Part shown: in pieces, positions 52,252 through 62,090 of the stretch
Layout of the letters: every line of letters begins with the position of its first letter
Numbering within the stretch: position 1 is the first letter of the stretch
NCBI GenBank assembly: GCA_041159745.1
Contig: JBEAXP010000046.1
Coordinates: 1 to 62,090 of the forward strand
Direction of reading: 5' to 3'
DNA length: 62,090 nucleotides
Source of the DNA: Actinomycetota bacterium
Lineage (GTDB): Bacteria > Actinomycetota > Acidimicrobiia > Acidimicrobiales > Ilumatobacteraceae
The notes under the pieces: generated by a model
Database searches by the model: none
What the model saw: the letters and a program-made list of their open reading frames with translations, nothing else
Told to the model about the DNA's origin: nothing
Position numbers and translations under genes: made by a program

Positions 52252-53325
52252 ATGTCGGAAGTCGTGCGCCTGGGTGTCATCGGCACCGGGATGATGGGGT
52301 GCGAGCACATTCGCAACGTCGTGGCCCTCGACGGTGCGGAAATCACCGCGGTGAGCGATCCGCATCCGCCGTCACTCGAATGGGCGCGGGCGAATCTTGG
52401 AGAGGTTCGTGTCGCCGAATTCACCGACCACCGTGAACTCCTGCGATCGGGACTCGTCGATGGCGTGATCGTGGCCTCGCCGAACTTCACTCACGCGTCG
52501 GTGTTGAGTGATGTGTACGCCACCGAACTACCGGTTCTCGTGGAGAAGCCGATGTGCACCACCATCGACGATTGTCAGGCGATCGTTCGAGCGGCCAACT
52601 CTCGGCGAGCGATCACCTGGGTGGGTCTCGAGTATCGATACATGGCTCCCATCGCCGCCCTCGTGTCGGAAGTGAGGTCGGGACGAATCGGCGACGTGAA
52701 GATGATCGCGATTCGCGAGCATCGCTTTCCCTTCTTGGTGAAGGTCGACAACTGGAATCGGTTCAGCCGCAACACCGGCGGAACTCTCGTGGAGAAGTGC
52801 TGCCACTTCTTCGACCTGATGAATCTGGTGGCCGACTCACGACCTCGGCGCGTGATCGCCAGCGGTGGTCAGGACGTGAATCATCTCGACGAGGTGTACG
52901 ACGGCGAGCGATCGGACATCCTCGACAACGCGTTCGTGATCGTCGAATACGACAACGGAATCCGAGCCAATCTCGATCTGTGCATGTTCGCCGAGGCATC
53001 CTCGAACGAGCAGGAACTCTCGGTGGTGGGCACACTCGGGAAGGTGGAGGCCGCCGTTCCCGGTGATGGTTCGATACGGGTGGGACGGCGCGCCGACCGC
53101 TCGGTGACCTCGGTTGCGGCGCCCATCGACGAGCAGGTTGCCCACGTGGGCTTCCACTTCGGTGCGAGCTTCATCGAGGTGGCGCGTTTCTGCGATGCCG
53201 TACGCAATGGCTCCGAACCCGATGTGGGCGTGAGCGCGGGTCTGTGGTCGGTGGCCGTCGGTGTGGCGGCCCATCGATCGATCGACGAAGGTCGACCGGT
53301 GTTGATAGACGAACTCGGAGTGTGA
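52252..53325 (+). CDS. Gfo/Idh/MocA family oxidoreductase
   Basis: This frame lies within the track ORF 51937..53325. The start is ATG 52252 (MSEVVRLGVIGTGMMG). 'VLVEKPM' follows. Confidence 0.85.
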   Translation: MSEVVRLGVIGTGMMGCEHIRNVVALDGAEITAVSDPHPPSLEWARANLGEVRVAEFTDHRELLRSGLVDGVIVASPNFTHASVLSDVYATELPVLVEKPMCTTIDDCQAIVRAANSRRAITWVGLEYRYMAPIAALVSEVRSGRIGDVKMIAIREHRFPFLVKVDNWNRFSRNTGGTLVEKCCHFFDLMNLVADSRPRRVIASGGQDVNHLDEVYDGERSDILDNAFVIVEYDNGIRANLDLCMFAEASSNEQELSVVGTLGKVEAAVPGDGSIRVGRRADRSVTSVAAPIDEQVAHVGFHFGASFIEVARFCDAVRNGSEPDVGVSAGLWSVAVGVAAHRSIDEGRPVLIDELGV

Positions 53326-53331
53326 ACGGGG

Positions 53332-54210
53332 TCAGGCCTCGGTGATGGTGACCGAGACGATCTCGATCTTCTCCTTCGGCGGGACTCCGTTGTTTTCCGG
53401 ATTGCCGAGCGAGTCGAGAACCGCCACCACGTCGAGGCCTTCGGTGACCTTGCCGAACAGCGAGTAGTTGGGCGGGAGTGCCGCACCGTCGGAGCCGGTG
53501 ATCACGAAGAACTGGCTGCCGTTGGTGTCGGGGCCGGAGTTGGCCATGGCGATCGAGCCGATCTCGTATTCACCATCGGCCGGCAACTCGTCGGCGAACC
53601 GATAGCCCGGTCCGCCGGTTCCGGAAGCGGTGGGATCGCCGCACTGCACGACGAAGTTGGGAATCGCACGGTGGCATTCGGTGCCGTCGAAGTACTTGAA
53701 CCGGGCCAGGTTCACGAAGTTGTTGACGGTGCCGGGAGCCTTGGCCGGATCGAGAGTGATCGTGAACTCACCCTTGTTGGTGACGACCGTGGCGGTGTAG
53801 GTCTTGGTCGAGTCGATGCACAACTGCGGCGAGTCGTCGAACGAGCGCGTCTGCGCCGCTGATCCATCGGTGGGCGCACATTCGCCGGTGCCGTACGCGA
53901 AGCCGGACGGCGCGACGGTGGTATCGGGTGCGCCGGAGTCTCCGGGAGCGGCCGAGTCGACCGGAGCCGACGAGTCGGCCGGCGGGAAGAGATCGGACGG
54001 AATGGTCTCGAGCGGTGACGAAGTATCGGCCGTGTCGTCGTCTCCTCCGGTGAGGAAGGCGATCAGGAACACGAGTGCGAGAACACCGACGACAGCGGCG
54101 GCGATGCGCACGGAGCGGCGCTTGGTTTGGCGACGACGCTCGGCCTGAGCCTGCATCTGCCGGCCCATCTCACGGTTCTGCTTCTTTCGTTCACGTTTTG
54201 CGGTGCCCAC
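53332..54210 (-). CDS. membrane-anchored cyclophilin-type peptidyl-prolyl isomerase
   Basis: ORF track, 292 aa. Basic N-terminus and TM helix 'IAAAVVGVLALVFLIAFL'. Motifs: 'FHRAIPNFVVQCGDPTASGTGGPGY', 'IAMANSGPDTNGSQFF'. Confidence 0.88.
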   Translation of the reverse strand: MGTAKRERKKQNREMGRQMQAQAERRRQTKRRSVRIAAAVVGVLALVFLIAFLTGGDDDTADTSSPLETIPSDLFPPADSSAPVDSAAPGDSGAPDTTVAPSGFAYGTGECAPTDGSAAQTRSFDDSPQLCIDSTKTYTATVVTNKGEFTITLDPAKAPGTVNNFVNLARFKYFDGTECHRAIPNFVVQCGDPTASGTGGPGYRFADELPADGEYEIGSIAMANSGPDTNGSQFFVITGSDGAALPPNYSLFGKVTEGLDVVAVLDSLGNPENNGVPPKEKIEIVSVTITEA

Positions 54211-54241
54211 GAAGAGGAAAGGCTAGTAGCCTGCGGTCTCC

Positions 54242-55492
54242 GTGACCCTCATCGTTCAGAAGTTCGGAGGCACTTCCGTCGCCGATCCCGAGCGGATCCG
54301 CGCGGTGGCCGAACATGTTGCCTTCACCAAGCGTCACGGTGCCGACGTCGTGGTCGTGGTGTCGGCGATGGGCAAGTCCACCGACAACCTCATCAAGTTG
54401 GCGAACGAGGTGTCGTCCACTCAACCCGGTCGCGAACTCGACATGCTGCTCACCACGGGTGAGCGCATCTCCATGGCGTTGCTGTGCATGGCGCTGGCCG
54501 ACATCGGAGTCGAGGCCATGAGCTTCACCGGGAGTCAGGTGGGCATCATCACCGACACCGTTCACACCAAGGCCAAGATCCTCGAGGTCAAGGGCGATCG
54601 TGTGCGCGACGCCTTGGCGGCGGGCAAGGTGGCCGTGGTCGCCGGGTTCCAAGGTGTGAGCACCGACCGTGAGGTCACCACGCTCGGACGCGGTGGTTCC
54701 GACACCACCGCCGTCGCGCTCGCTGCCGCGCTCGACGCCGACAGCTGCGAGATCTACACCGATGTGACCGGCGTGTTCTCCGCCGATCCGCGCATCGTTC
54801 CGCAGGCGCGCAAACTCACGCACATCAACTTCGACGAAATGCTCGAAATGGCCGGAGCGGGAAGCAAGGTGCTCGCTCTGCGCTCGGTCGAGTTCGCGCG
54901 TAACCACAATGTCCCCATCCAAGTCCGCTCGAGCTTCACATGGGAGCCGGGCACCTGGGTCACGAGTCAGGAGCCCTCGATGGAAGATCCGATCATCTCG
55001 GGTGTCGTCACCGACGTCAGCGAAGCCAAGGTCACCGTGCGCAATGTGCCCGATCGCCCGGGTGTGTCGGCGTCGTTGTTCGAGCCACTCGCTCAGTCCA
55101 ACGTGAATGTCGACATGATCGTGCAGAACACGTCGGTCGACGGCACCACCGACATCAGCTTCACCGTGCCGAAGGCCGACATGAAGGTCGCGCAGGGAAT
55201 CGTCGAGTCGGTGGCCAAGCAGATCGGTGCCAGCGGCATCGCACACGATGACGCGATCGCCAAGATCTCGCTCGTCGGCGCCGGCATGAAGACGAGCCCG
55301 GGTATCGCCGCCAAGATGTTCCGTACTCTGGCCGATCACGGTGTGAACATCGGAATGATCTCCACGTCGACCATTCGCATTTCGGTCGTGGTTCCGGTGG
55401 CCGACCTCGAGAAGGCCGCGCGCGCTCTGCACACCGAGTTCGGACTCGACAGCGGTCAGGCGTACAGCGCTCCGCTCCCCGAGCGGAAGTAG
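54242..55492 (+). CDS. ask: aspartate kinase (alpha subunit)
   Basis: ORF track, 416 aa. Motifs: '[12 protein letters not shown]', '[12 protein letters not shown]', and two C-terminal ACT domains. Confidence 0.93.
   Translation: MTLIVQKFGGTSVADPERIRAVAEHVAFTKRHGADVVVVVSAMGKSTDNLIKLANEVSSTQPGRELDMLLTTGERISMALLCMALADIGVEAMSFTGSQVGIITDTVHTKAKILEVKGDRVRDALAAGKVAVVAGFQGVSTDREVTTLGRGGSDTTAVALAAALDADSCEIYTDVTGVFSADPRIVPQARKLTHINFDEMLEMAGAGSKVLALRSVEFARNHNVPIQVRSSFTWEPGTWVTSQEPSMEDPIISGVVTDVSEAKVTVRNVPDRPGVSASLFEPLAQSNVNVDMIVQNTSVDGTTDISFTVPKADMKVAQGIVESVAKQIGASGIAHDDAIAKISLVGAGMKTSPGIAAKMFRTLADHGVNIGMISTSTIRISVVVPVADLEKAARALHTEFGLDSGQAYSAPLPERK
54980..55492 (+). CDS. probable in-frame nested aspartate kinase beta subunit
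   Basis: An internal ATG at 54980 ([20 protein letters not shown]) is preceded by AGGAG about 8 nt upstream. It lies at the position where Corynebacterium/Mycobacterium lysC-beta starts. That parallel is established knowledge, and use of the start here is inferred. Confidence 0.45.
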   Translation: MEDPIISGVVTDVSEAKVTVRNVPDRPGVSASLFEPLAQSNVNVDMIVQNTSVDGTTDISFTVPKADMKVAQGIVESVAKQIGASGIAHDDAIAKISLVGAGMKTSPGIAAKMFRTLADHGVNIGMISTSTIRISVVVPVADLEKAARALHTEFGLDSGQAYSAPLPERK

Positions 55493-55495
55493 TCG

Positions 55496-57386
<1,891 letters not shown>

Positions 57387-57391
57387 CCACG

Positions 57392-58138
57392 ATGGTCGGC
57401 ACGCTCGTTCTTCTCCGCCACGGTCAGAGCACCTGGAACGAGTCGAACCTGTTCACGGGTTGGCACGACGTTCCGCTCACCGAACTCGGTCGGTCGGAAG
57501 CGTCTCGGGCCGGTGTGGCCATGAAGAGTGCCGGTCTGTGGTTCGACGTGGCGCACACGTCGGTCCTCGAACGCGCCGTCGTCACGTGCCACCTCGCCCT
57601 CGAGTCGATGGGTCAGGTGTGGTTGCCGGTGCAGCGTTCGTGGCGACTGAACGAACGGCACTACGGCGCGTTGCAGGGTCTCGACAAGAAGGCCACCACC
57701 GAGCGCCACGGTGCCGAGCAGACCAAGTTGTGGCGGCGCAGTTACGACGTTCCACCGCCCCCGGTCGACGTGTCGAGCCCCGAGCACCCCGCGAACGACC
57801 GCCGTTATCGGCTTCTCGATCCCGACGTTCTGCCGGCCAGTGAGTGTCTGAAGGACGTCGTGGCCCGTGTTCTTCCGTACTGGGAGGACGCGATCGTCCC
57901 GCAGTTGCGATCGGGGCTCGACGTCCTGGTGACGGCGCACGGCAACTCGCTCCGCGCCCTGGTGATGCATCTCGAGCAGATCTCCCAGGCCGCCATCGCC
58001 GAACTGAACATCCCCACCGGGGTGCCACGTCGGTACGAGTTCACCGAGTCATTGGCCGTTCGTTCGGCCGAGTACTTGGGTGACGCCGAGGCGATCGCGG
58101 CCGCTGCGGCCGCGGTGGCCAACCAAGCCGGGACCTGA
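57392..58138 (+). CDS. gpmA: 2,3-bisphosphoglycerate-dependent phosphoglycerate mutase
   Basis: This frame lies within the track ORF 56495..58138. The start is ATG 57392. Motifs: '[20 protein letters not shown]', 'RLNERHYG', 'AHGNSLRAL'. Confidence 0.92.
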   Translation: MVGTLVLLRHGQSTWNESNLFTGWHDVPLTELGRSEASRAGVAMKSAGLWFDVAHTSVLERAVVTCHLALESMGQVWLPVQRSWRLNERHYGALQGLDKKATTERHGAEQTKLWRRSYDVPPPPVDVSSPEHPANDRRYRLLDPDVLPASECLKDVVARVLPYWEDAIVPQLRSGLDVLVTAHGNSLRALVMHLEQISQAAIAELNIPTGVPRRYEFTESLAVRSAEYLGDAEAIAAAAAAVANQAGT

Positions 58139-58219
58139 TGTGGCCGTCGGCTCAGCCCGGTGACCGCTGACCCGGCGACCCTGTCATCACATGTTCACGA
58201 GCGTCGTATAGTGACTCCC

Positions 58220-58642
58220 ATGTCCAAGAAGTCGTACCTCGAAAGCCTTCGCAAGGTCGCCTTGTTCTCCTCGTGCTCGAACAAGGACCTGGAGAAGATC
58301 GCCAAGTCCGGAGACGAGATCGTCATGGAGGCGGGCTCGCTGATCGTCGATCAGGGCCAGGCCGGCCGTGAGGCGTTCGTGATCATCAAAGGTTCGGCCA
58401 CGGTGAAGCGCAACGGCAAGAAGGTCGCCACTCTCGGCGCCGGTTCCGTGGTGGGCGAACTCTCGCTCCTCGACCACGGCCCGCGCACCGCATCGGTCGT
58501 CACCGACACCGAGTGCACCCTTCTCGTCATCAGCCAGCGTCAGTTCCTCGGAGTTCTCGACGCGGTGCCGGCGCTTTCGCACAAGCTGTTGGCCACGTTG
58601 GCCGGCCGCATTCGCGAACTCGACCGCCAGTACTTCGGCTGA
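58220..58642 (+). CDS. cyclic nucleotide-binding domain protein (no DNA-binding domain)
   Basis: Track ORF 58160..58642. I prefer ATG 58220 as the start (MSKKSYLESL). Motif: 'FVIIKGSATV...GELSLLD.GPRTASV'. Confidence 0.8.
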   Translation: MSKKSYLESLRKVALFSSCSNKDLEKIAKSGDEIVMEAGSLIVDQGQAGREAFVIIKGSATVKRNGKKVATLGAGSVVGELSLLDHGPRTASVVTDTECTLLVISQRQFLGVLDAVPALSHKLLATLAGRIRELDRQYFG

Positions 58643-58718
58643 TCACGGCGTTCGGCTCGTTCCCGTCCGCGGGGCAGGATTCGGGTCGGTGGGCCCTGCC
58701 CAGTAGCGTCTGACCTGC

Positions 58719-61010
58719 ATGGCCACGCACGCTGACACCCCCGCCGCACCTTCGGGTCCGCGGCGACTCAAGCCGTACCAACTCTCCATCGCCATCGGCT
58801 GCTTCGTGGCCGGCTTCACGGTGGTGTCGGGAATCGTTCCTCTTCTCACCGGGTGGGAAGGCGACTCGCCGATCCATCGCAAGGTCTTCGGGGGAATTCC
58901 CGGCCCGCTCAAGGTGGCCTTCTACACCGTCATCCCGGTGATGATCCTGTGGGGTTCGTTCCGGTTCGCCGATCGCATCCGCAACTGGGAGCGCGGCGCC
59001 CCCGATCGCCGGCGCACCACCGCCAAGAACGTGAAGAACCGTCTGGCCGACTTCCGTGCCGGCGTGTACATGAAGACGTTGCTGCGCGACTCGGCCGCCG
59101 GCCTCATGCACTCGATGATCTACTTCGGCTTCCTGGTGTTGCTCGGCGTGACCACGGTGCTCGAGATCGATCACCAGATGCCCGAAGACCTCAAGTTCCT
59201 GCACGGTGACGTGTACCGCGGTTATGCGTTGGTGGGCGACGTTGCCGGTGTGGTGTTCACCGTCGGCGTGCTGTGGGCCATCCTGCGTCGCTACGTGCAG
59301 CGGCCGTATCGCATTCGCATCAAGACCAAGCCCGAGCACGCGGTGATTCTCGGTGTGTTGCTGGCCATCGGCGTGTCCGGTTTCGGTGCCGAGATGTTCC
59401 GCATCGCCGAGAACCAGGCGGCTGGGATGAACGTCGACCACGAGAAGTGGTCGGTGGTGGGTTATCCCTTGGCGCAATTGGTCGACGGTTGGTCGGCCGA
59501 CAGTCTGCAGACCTGGCATCAGGGTTGGTGGATCGGCCACGTGCTCACATTCGTGGCCTTCCTCGCCATCTTGCCCATCACCATGTTGCGCCACATCTTC
59601 ACGTCGCCGCTCAACATGTACCTGAAGGACCGCGATCGCCCCAAGGGTGCGATGAAGGCCATGCCGAATCTCACCGAGACGTCGCTCGAATCGTTCGGAG
59701 CGTCGGTGGTCGAGGACTTCACGTGGAAGCAGCTGCTCGACACCGATGCCTGCACGATGTGCGGTCGGTGCACGAGCGTGTGCCCGGCCCACGCCACCGG
59801 CAAGCCGCTCGATCCGCGCGAGATCGTGTTGAAGACCGGCGAAGTGATGGCGGCCACGGCCGCGCACGCACCCGGTGGACGCGTGACACCGCCGCTGGGC
59901 ACCGATCCCGAGATCACGATCGGTGCCAATTCGCTCTTCGAGCGGATCACCGCCGAAGAGATCTGGTCGTGCACGTCGTGCAAGGCCTGCGACGAGATCT
60001 GCCCCGTCAACATCGAGATCCTCGACAAGATCCTCGACATGCGCCGCTACCTGTCGCTCATGGAGAGCAACTTCCCGGCTGAATTGGGTAACGCGTACCG
60101 GGCCATGGAGAATCAGGGCAATCCGTGGGGTATGAACCAGGGCGAGCGCGCCGATTGGGCCAAGGATCTGGACGTCGACGTGGTCGATCCGGGCGACGCC
60201 TTCTCCCACGAGTATCTCTACTGGGTCGGTTGCGCCGGTTCGTTCGACGACAAGAACAAGAAGGTCACTCAGTCGATGGCCAAGTTGCTGCGTCGCGCCG
60301 GGATCGACGTGGCGATTCTTGGTCCGAGCGAGATGTGCACCGGCGACTCGGCTCGCCGGTCGGGCAACGAGTATCTGTTCCAGATGCTGGCGATGCCGAA
60401 CGTAGAGATGCTCAACGGCATGGGCGTGAAGAAGATCATCACGCAATGCCCGCACTGCTTCAACACTCTCGCCAACGAGTACCCGCAACTCGGCGGCAAC
60501 TACGAGGTGATTCACCACTCGCAGCTGCTCGAGCAGTTGATCGAGTCCGGCAAGCTCGACGTGAGCAACGCGACGCTCGAAGAGCGCATCACGTATCACG
60601 ACTCGTGCTACCTCGGCCGCCACAACGACGTGTACCTCGCGCCGCGCAAGGTGGTGGCGTCGATCAAGGGCATCGAAGTGGTGGAGATGAGCCGTAACGG
60701 CACCAAGGGCATGTGCTGCGGTGCCGGTGGCGCGCGCATGTGGATGGAAGAGTCGATTGGTACCAAGGTGAACGACGAGCGCGCTCGCGAGGCGTTGTCA
60801 ACGGGTGCCACACGTGTCGCCACGGCCTGTCCGTTCTGCTACATCATGCTGGACGACGGTGTGAAGGGTGCGGGCGTCGACGAGGATCAGGTGCGCGTGG
60901 GCGACATCGCGATCCACTTGCTCGAGGCGATCGAGAACGGTGAGCGCGAGCTGGCCAACCCGGGTGCCCCCCTCCGCGACCTGGAAAACACCCCCGTCGC
61001 CGGCGAATAG
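58719..61010 (+). CDS. membrane-bound (Fe-S)-binding reductase, HdrD/GlpC-like with NarI/DsrM-like N-terminal domain (Rv0338c-like)
   Basis: ORF track, 763 aa. About 5-6 N-terminal TM helices. Two ferredoxin motifs, 'CTMCGRCTSVCP' and 'CTSCKACDEICP'. Two CCG domains ('CPHCFNTL', 'CPFCYIML'). Confidence 0.8.
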   Translation: MATHADTPAAPSGPRRLKPYQLSIAIGCFVAGFTVVSGIVPLLTGWEGDSPIHRKVFGGIPGPLKVAFYTVIPVMILWGSFRFADRIRNWERGAPDRRRTTAKNVKNRLADFRAGVYMKTLLRDSAAGLMHSMIYFGFLVLLGVTTVLEIDHQMPEDLKFLHGDVYRGYALVGDVAGVVFTVGVLWAILRRYVQRPYRIRIKTKPEHAVILGVLLAIGVSGFGAEMFRIAENQAAGMNVDHEKWSVVGYPLAQLVDGWSADSLQTWHQGWWIGHVLTFVAFLAILPITMLRHIFTSPLNMYLKDRDRPKGAMKAMPNLTETSLESFGASVVEDFTWKQLLDTDACTMCGRCTSVCPAHATGKPLDPREIVLKTGEVMAATAAHAPGGRVTPPLGTDPEITIGANSLFERITAEEIWSCTSCKACDEICPVNIEILDKILDMRRYLSLMESNFPAELGNAYRAMENQGNPWGMNQGERADWAKDLDVDVVDPGDAFSHEYLYWVGCAGSFDDKNKKVTQSMAKLLRRAGIDVAILGPSEMCTGDSARRSGNEYLFQMLAMPNVEMLNGMGVKKIITQCPHCFNTLANEYPQLGGNYEVIHHSQLLEQLIESGKLDVSNATLEERITYHDSCYLGRHNDVYLAPRKVVASIKGIEVVEMSRNGTKGMCCGAGGARMWMEESIGTKVNDERAREALSTGATRVATACPFCYIMLDDGVKGAGVDEDQVRVGDIAIHLLEAIENGERELANPGAPLRDLENTPVAGE

Positions 61011-61017
61011 CCCTTTC

Positions 61018-61075
61018 CTTGGCGTTCTGGGTCCAGGATCGGACCCTATGCGTCCAGTTGTGGACCCAGAACAGC
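61018..61075. repeat. palindromic ~58-bp element, copy 1 (stem GTTCTGGGTCC / GGACCCAGAAC)
   Basis: 'cttggcgttctgggtcc-aggatcggaccctatgcgtccagttgt-ggacccagaacag'. The arms are 11 bp, at 61024..61034 and 61062..61072. It overlaps the last 9 codons of the DUF559 gene. Confidence 0.85.
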
Positions 61076-61990
61076 AGGCGATGGTCGCCAGCCCCGTGAC
61101 GTCAAGGCTTCTCGAAGACGTGTCACGACTGCCTGTGGTCGTCGCGTCACGTCGCGCCACGTGAAGTGCAGGACCAGCCAACCTCGGACCTGAAGGTACG
61201 CATCGCGGTCGGTCTGCTTGTTGAACTGTTCGAGCATGTCGTACTTGCCCCATCCGTCCACTTCGCCCGCAATCCGCCATTCGGGCCAGCCGAAGTCGAT
61301 GCGGAACGGGCCTTCCTCGATCTGAGTCTCATGTTTCGGCAGGTTCGTGCCCGAGAGAAGTCGGTCCAGGCGCATTTCGAGGACGGACTCCGCCGGCTTG
61401 TCCGAATACGGCCAGGTTCTCAGTAGTTCGCGCACCGGCCCGATGCCTCGTCGTCCCTGCTTCGAATGAAGGGCGACTGCTGCGCGGAGGTGATCTCGAG
61501 AAAGGGTGCCGGCCAGGAGGAGCCGTTCGGTGACTGCGTTCAACGAATGAGGTGCGACTGCGGCGAAATCGAGGAGCGAGCGCGTCGCGGTCGTGACGGG
61601 AATTCCGCTGAGCCGGACGGGAGCGAGCTCCTTGACGTCACGTGGGCGGTGAACAACGACCCCCTCGAGATGCCGACCTCCGGGACGATGGTCGATGATG
61701 ACCTCGATGGGTTCGTCGGCTGTCGGATTCCAGACACCCCACAAATGAAGCGCGGTTCGATGCGACGCAATCGGCCGTCCACCAATGCAGAGAGTCGCCG
61801 CCAGGATCTTTTGAATTGTCGATTCTGGGTAAGCGAAAAGGCTGGACACCTTCGGATGTAACTCACGGAGAATTCCAGACTCGTGGAGTCGTGACCACTG
61901 GCGGGGAGCAAGGCCCACGCGACGTGCTTGTTGGAAGGTGACGAGTCCGTGCTGTTCTCGAGCAATCTGATCGAGGGGGGAGACATTCAT
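61046..61990 (-). CDS. AbiEi_4-like N-terminal domain / DUF559 (Vsr-like endonuclease fold) protein
   Basis: ORF track, 314 aa. N-terminus 'IAREQHGLVTFQQARRVGL'. C-terminus 'EVDGWGKYD...RDAYLQVRGWLVLHFTWRDV'. Confidence 0.7.
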   Translation of the reverse strand: MNVSPLDQIAREQHGLVTFQQARRVGLAPRQWSRLHESGILRELHPKVSSLFAYPESTIQKILAATLCIGGRPIASHRTALHLWGVWNPTADEPIEVIIDHRPGGRHLEGVVVHRPRDVKELAPVRLSGIPVTTATRSLLDFAAVAPHSLNAVTERLLLAGTLSRDHLRAAVALHSKQGRRGIGPVRELLRTWPYSDKPAESVLEMRLDRLLSGTNLPKHETQIEEGPFRIDFGWPEWRIAGEVDGWGKYDMLEQFNKQTDRDAYLQVRGWLVLHFTWRDVTRRPQAVVTRLREALTSRGWRPSPAVLGPQLDA

Positions 61991-62032
61991 GCTCGAATGT
62001 CGGAAAACGGCGACGATCGAAGGCGATCCACC

Positions 62033-62090
62033 CCTGTTCTGGGTCTGTAACCGGACTCATACGGTCCGATGATGGACCCAGAACACCAAG
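62033..62090. repeat. palindromic ~58-bp element, copy 2, in inverted orientation to copy 1; runs to the window edge
   Basis: The reverse complement, 'cttggtgttctgggtcc-atcatcggaccgtatgagtccggttaca-gacccagaacagggg', aligns to copy 1 with about 48 of 58 identities counted by eye. Confidence 0.8.

Noticed and set aside
61046-61990. An AbiEi/AbiEii-type toxin-antitoxin or abortive-infection system
   Set aside because: Only the AbiEi_4-like/DUF559 gene is present. No nucleotidyltransferase (AbiEii) gene is adjacent within the window. The right flank is cut off, so this is not fully excluded.

Overview
High-GC, densely coding chromosomal window. From gene content and synteny it looks Actinomycetota-like, but that is inference and no database was searched. 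I support about 66 CDS and two tRNAs. The ORF track misses both tRNAs, one edge-truncated gene and one 55-aa pilin gene.

Most of the window is housekeeping:
- topA-tmk-holB and rsgA
- a compact Tad/Flp pilus operon of the mycobacterial Rv3654c-Rv3660c type
- a SigB-like sigma factor
- GH2 beta-galactosidase, xseAB and a polyprenyl synthase
- hbd-aat-meaA
- ask-(methyltransferase)-asd-gpmA
- an Rv0338c-like membrane Fe-S reductase

The only clearly accessory segment is the left end (1-3700). Two lower-GC secreted repeat proteins sit downstream of tRNA-Thr(CGU), and a perfect 47-bp copy of the tRNA 3' part lies between them.

I found no CRISPR array, transposase, integrase, phage genes or recognisable defence system. 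I cannot point to a convincingly novel multi-gene system.

The best candidates for a second look are:
1. A tandem-rhodanese sulfurtransferase fused in frame to a roughly 12-TM membrane domain. It is followed by an orphan ABC ATPase and faces a DsbB/TlpA pair.
2. An orphan tRNA-Sec with its 3' end tandemly duplicated and no sel genes nearby.
3. The tRNA-Thr att-like repeat, with a single-gene cassette and a mosaic paralogue.
4. A translationally coupled BI-1 / CPBP protease / HExxH membrane-protein trio.
5. A DUF559 gene bracketed by inverted copies of a roughly 58-bp palindromic element.

All family calls rest on motif recognition in the translated ORFs, not on searches.
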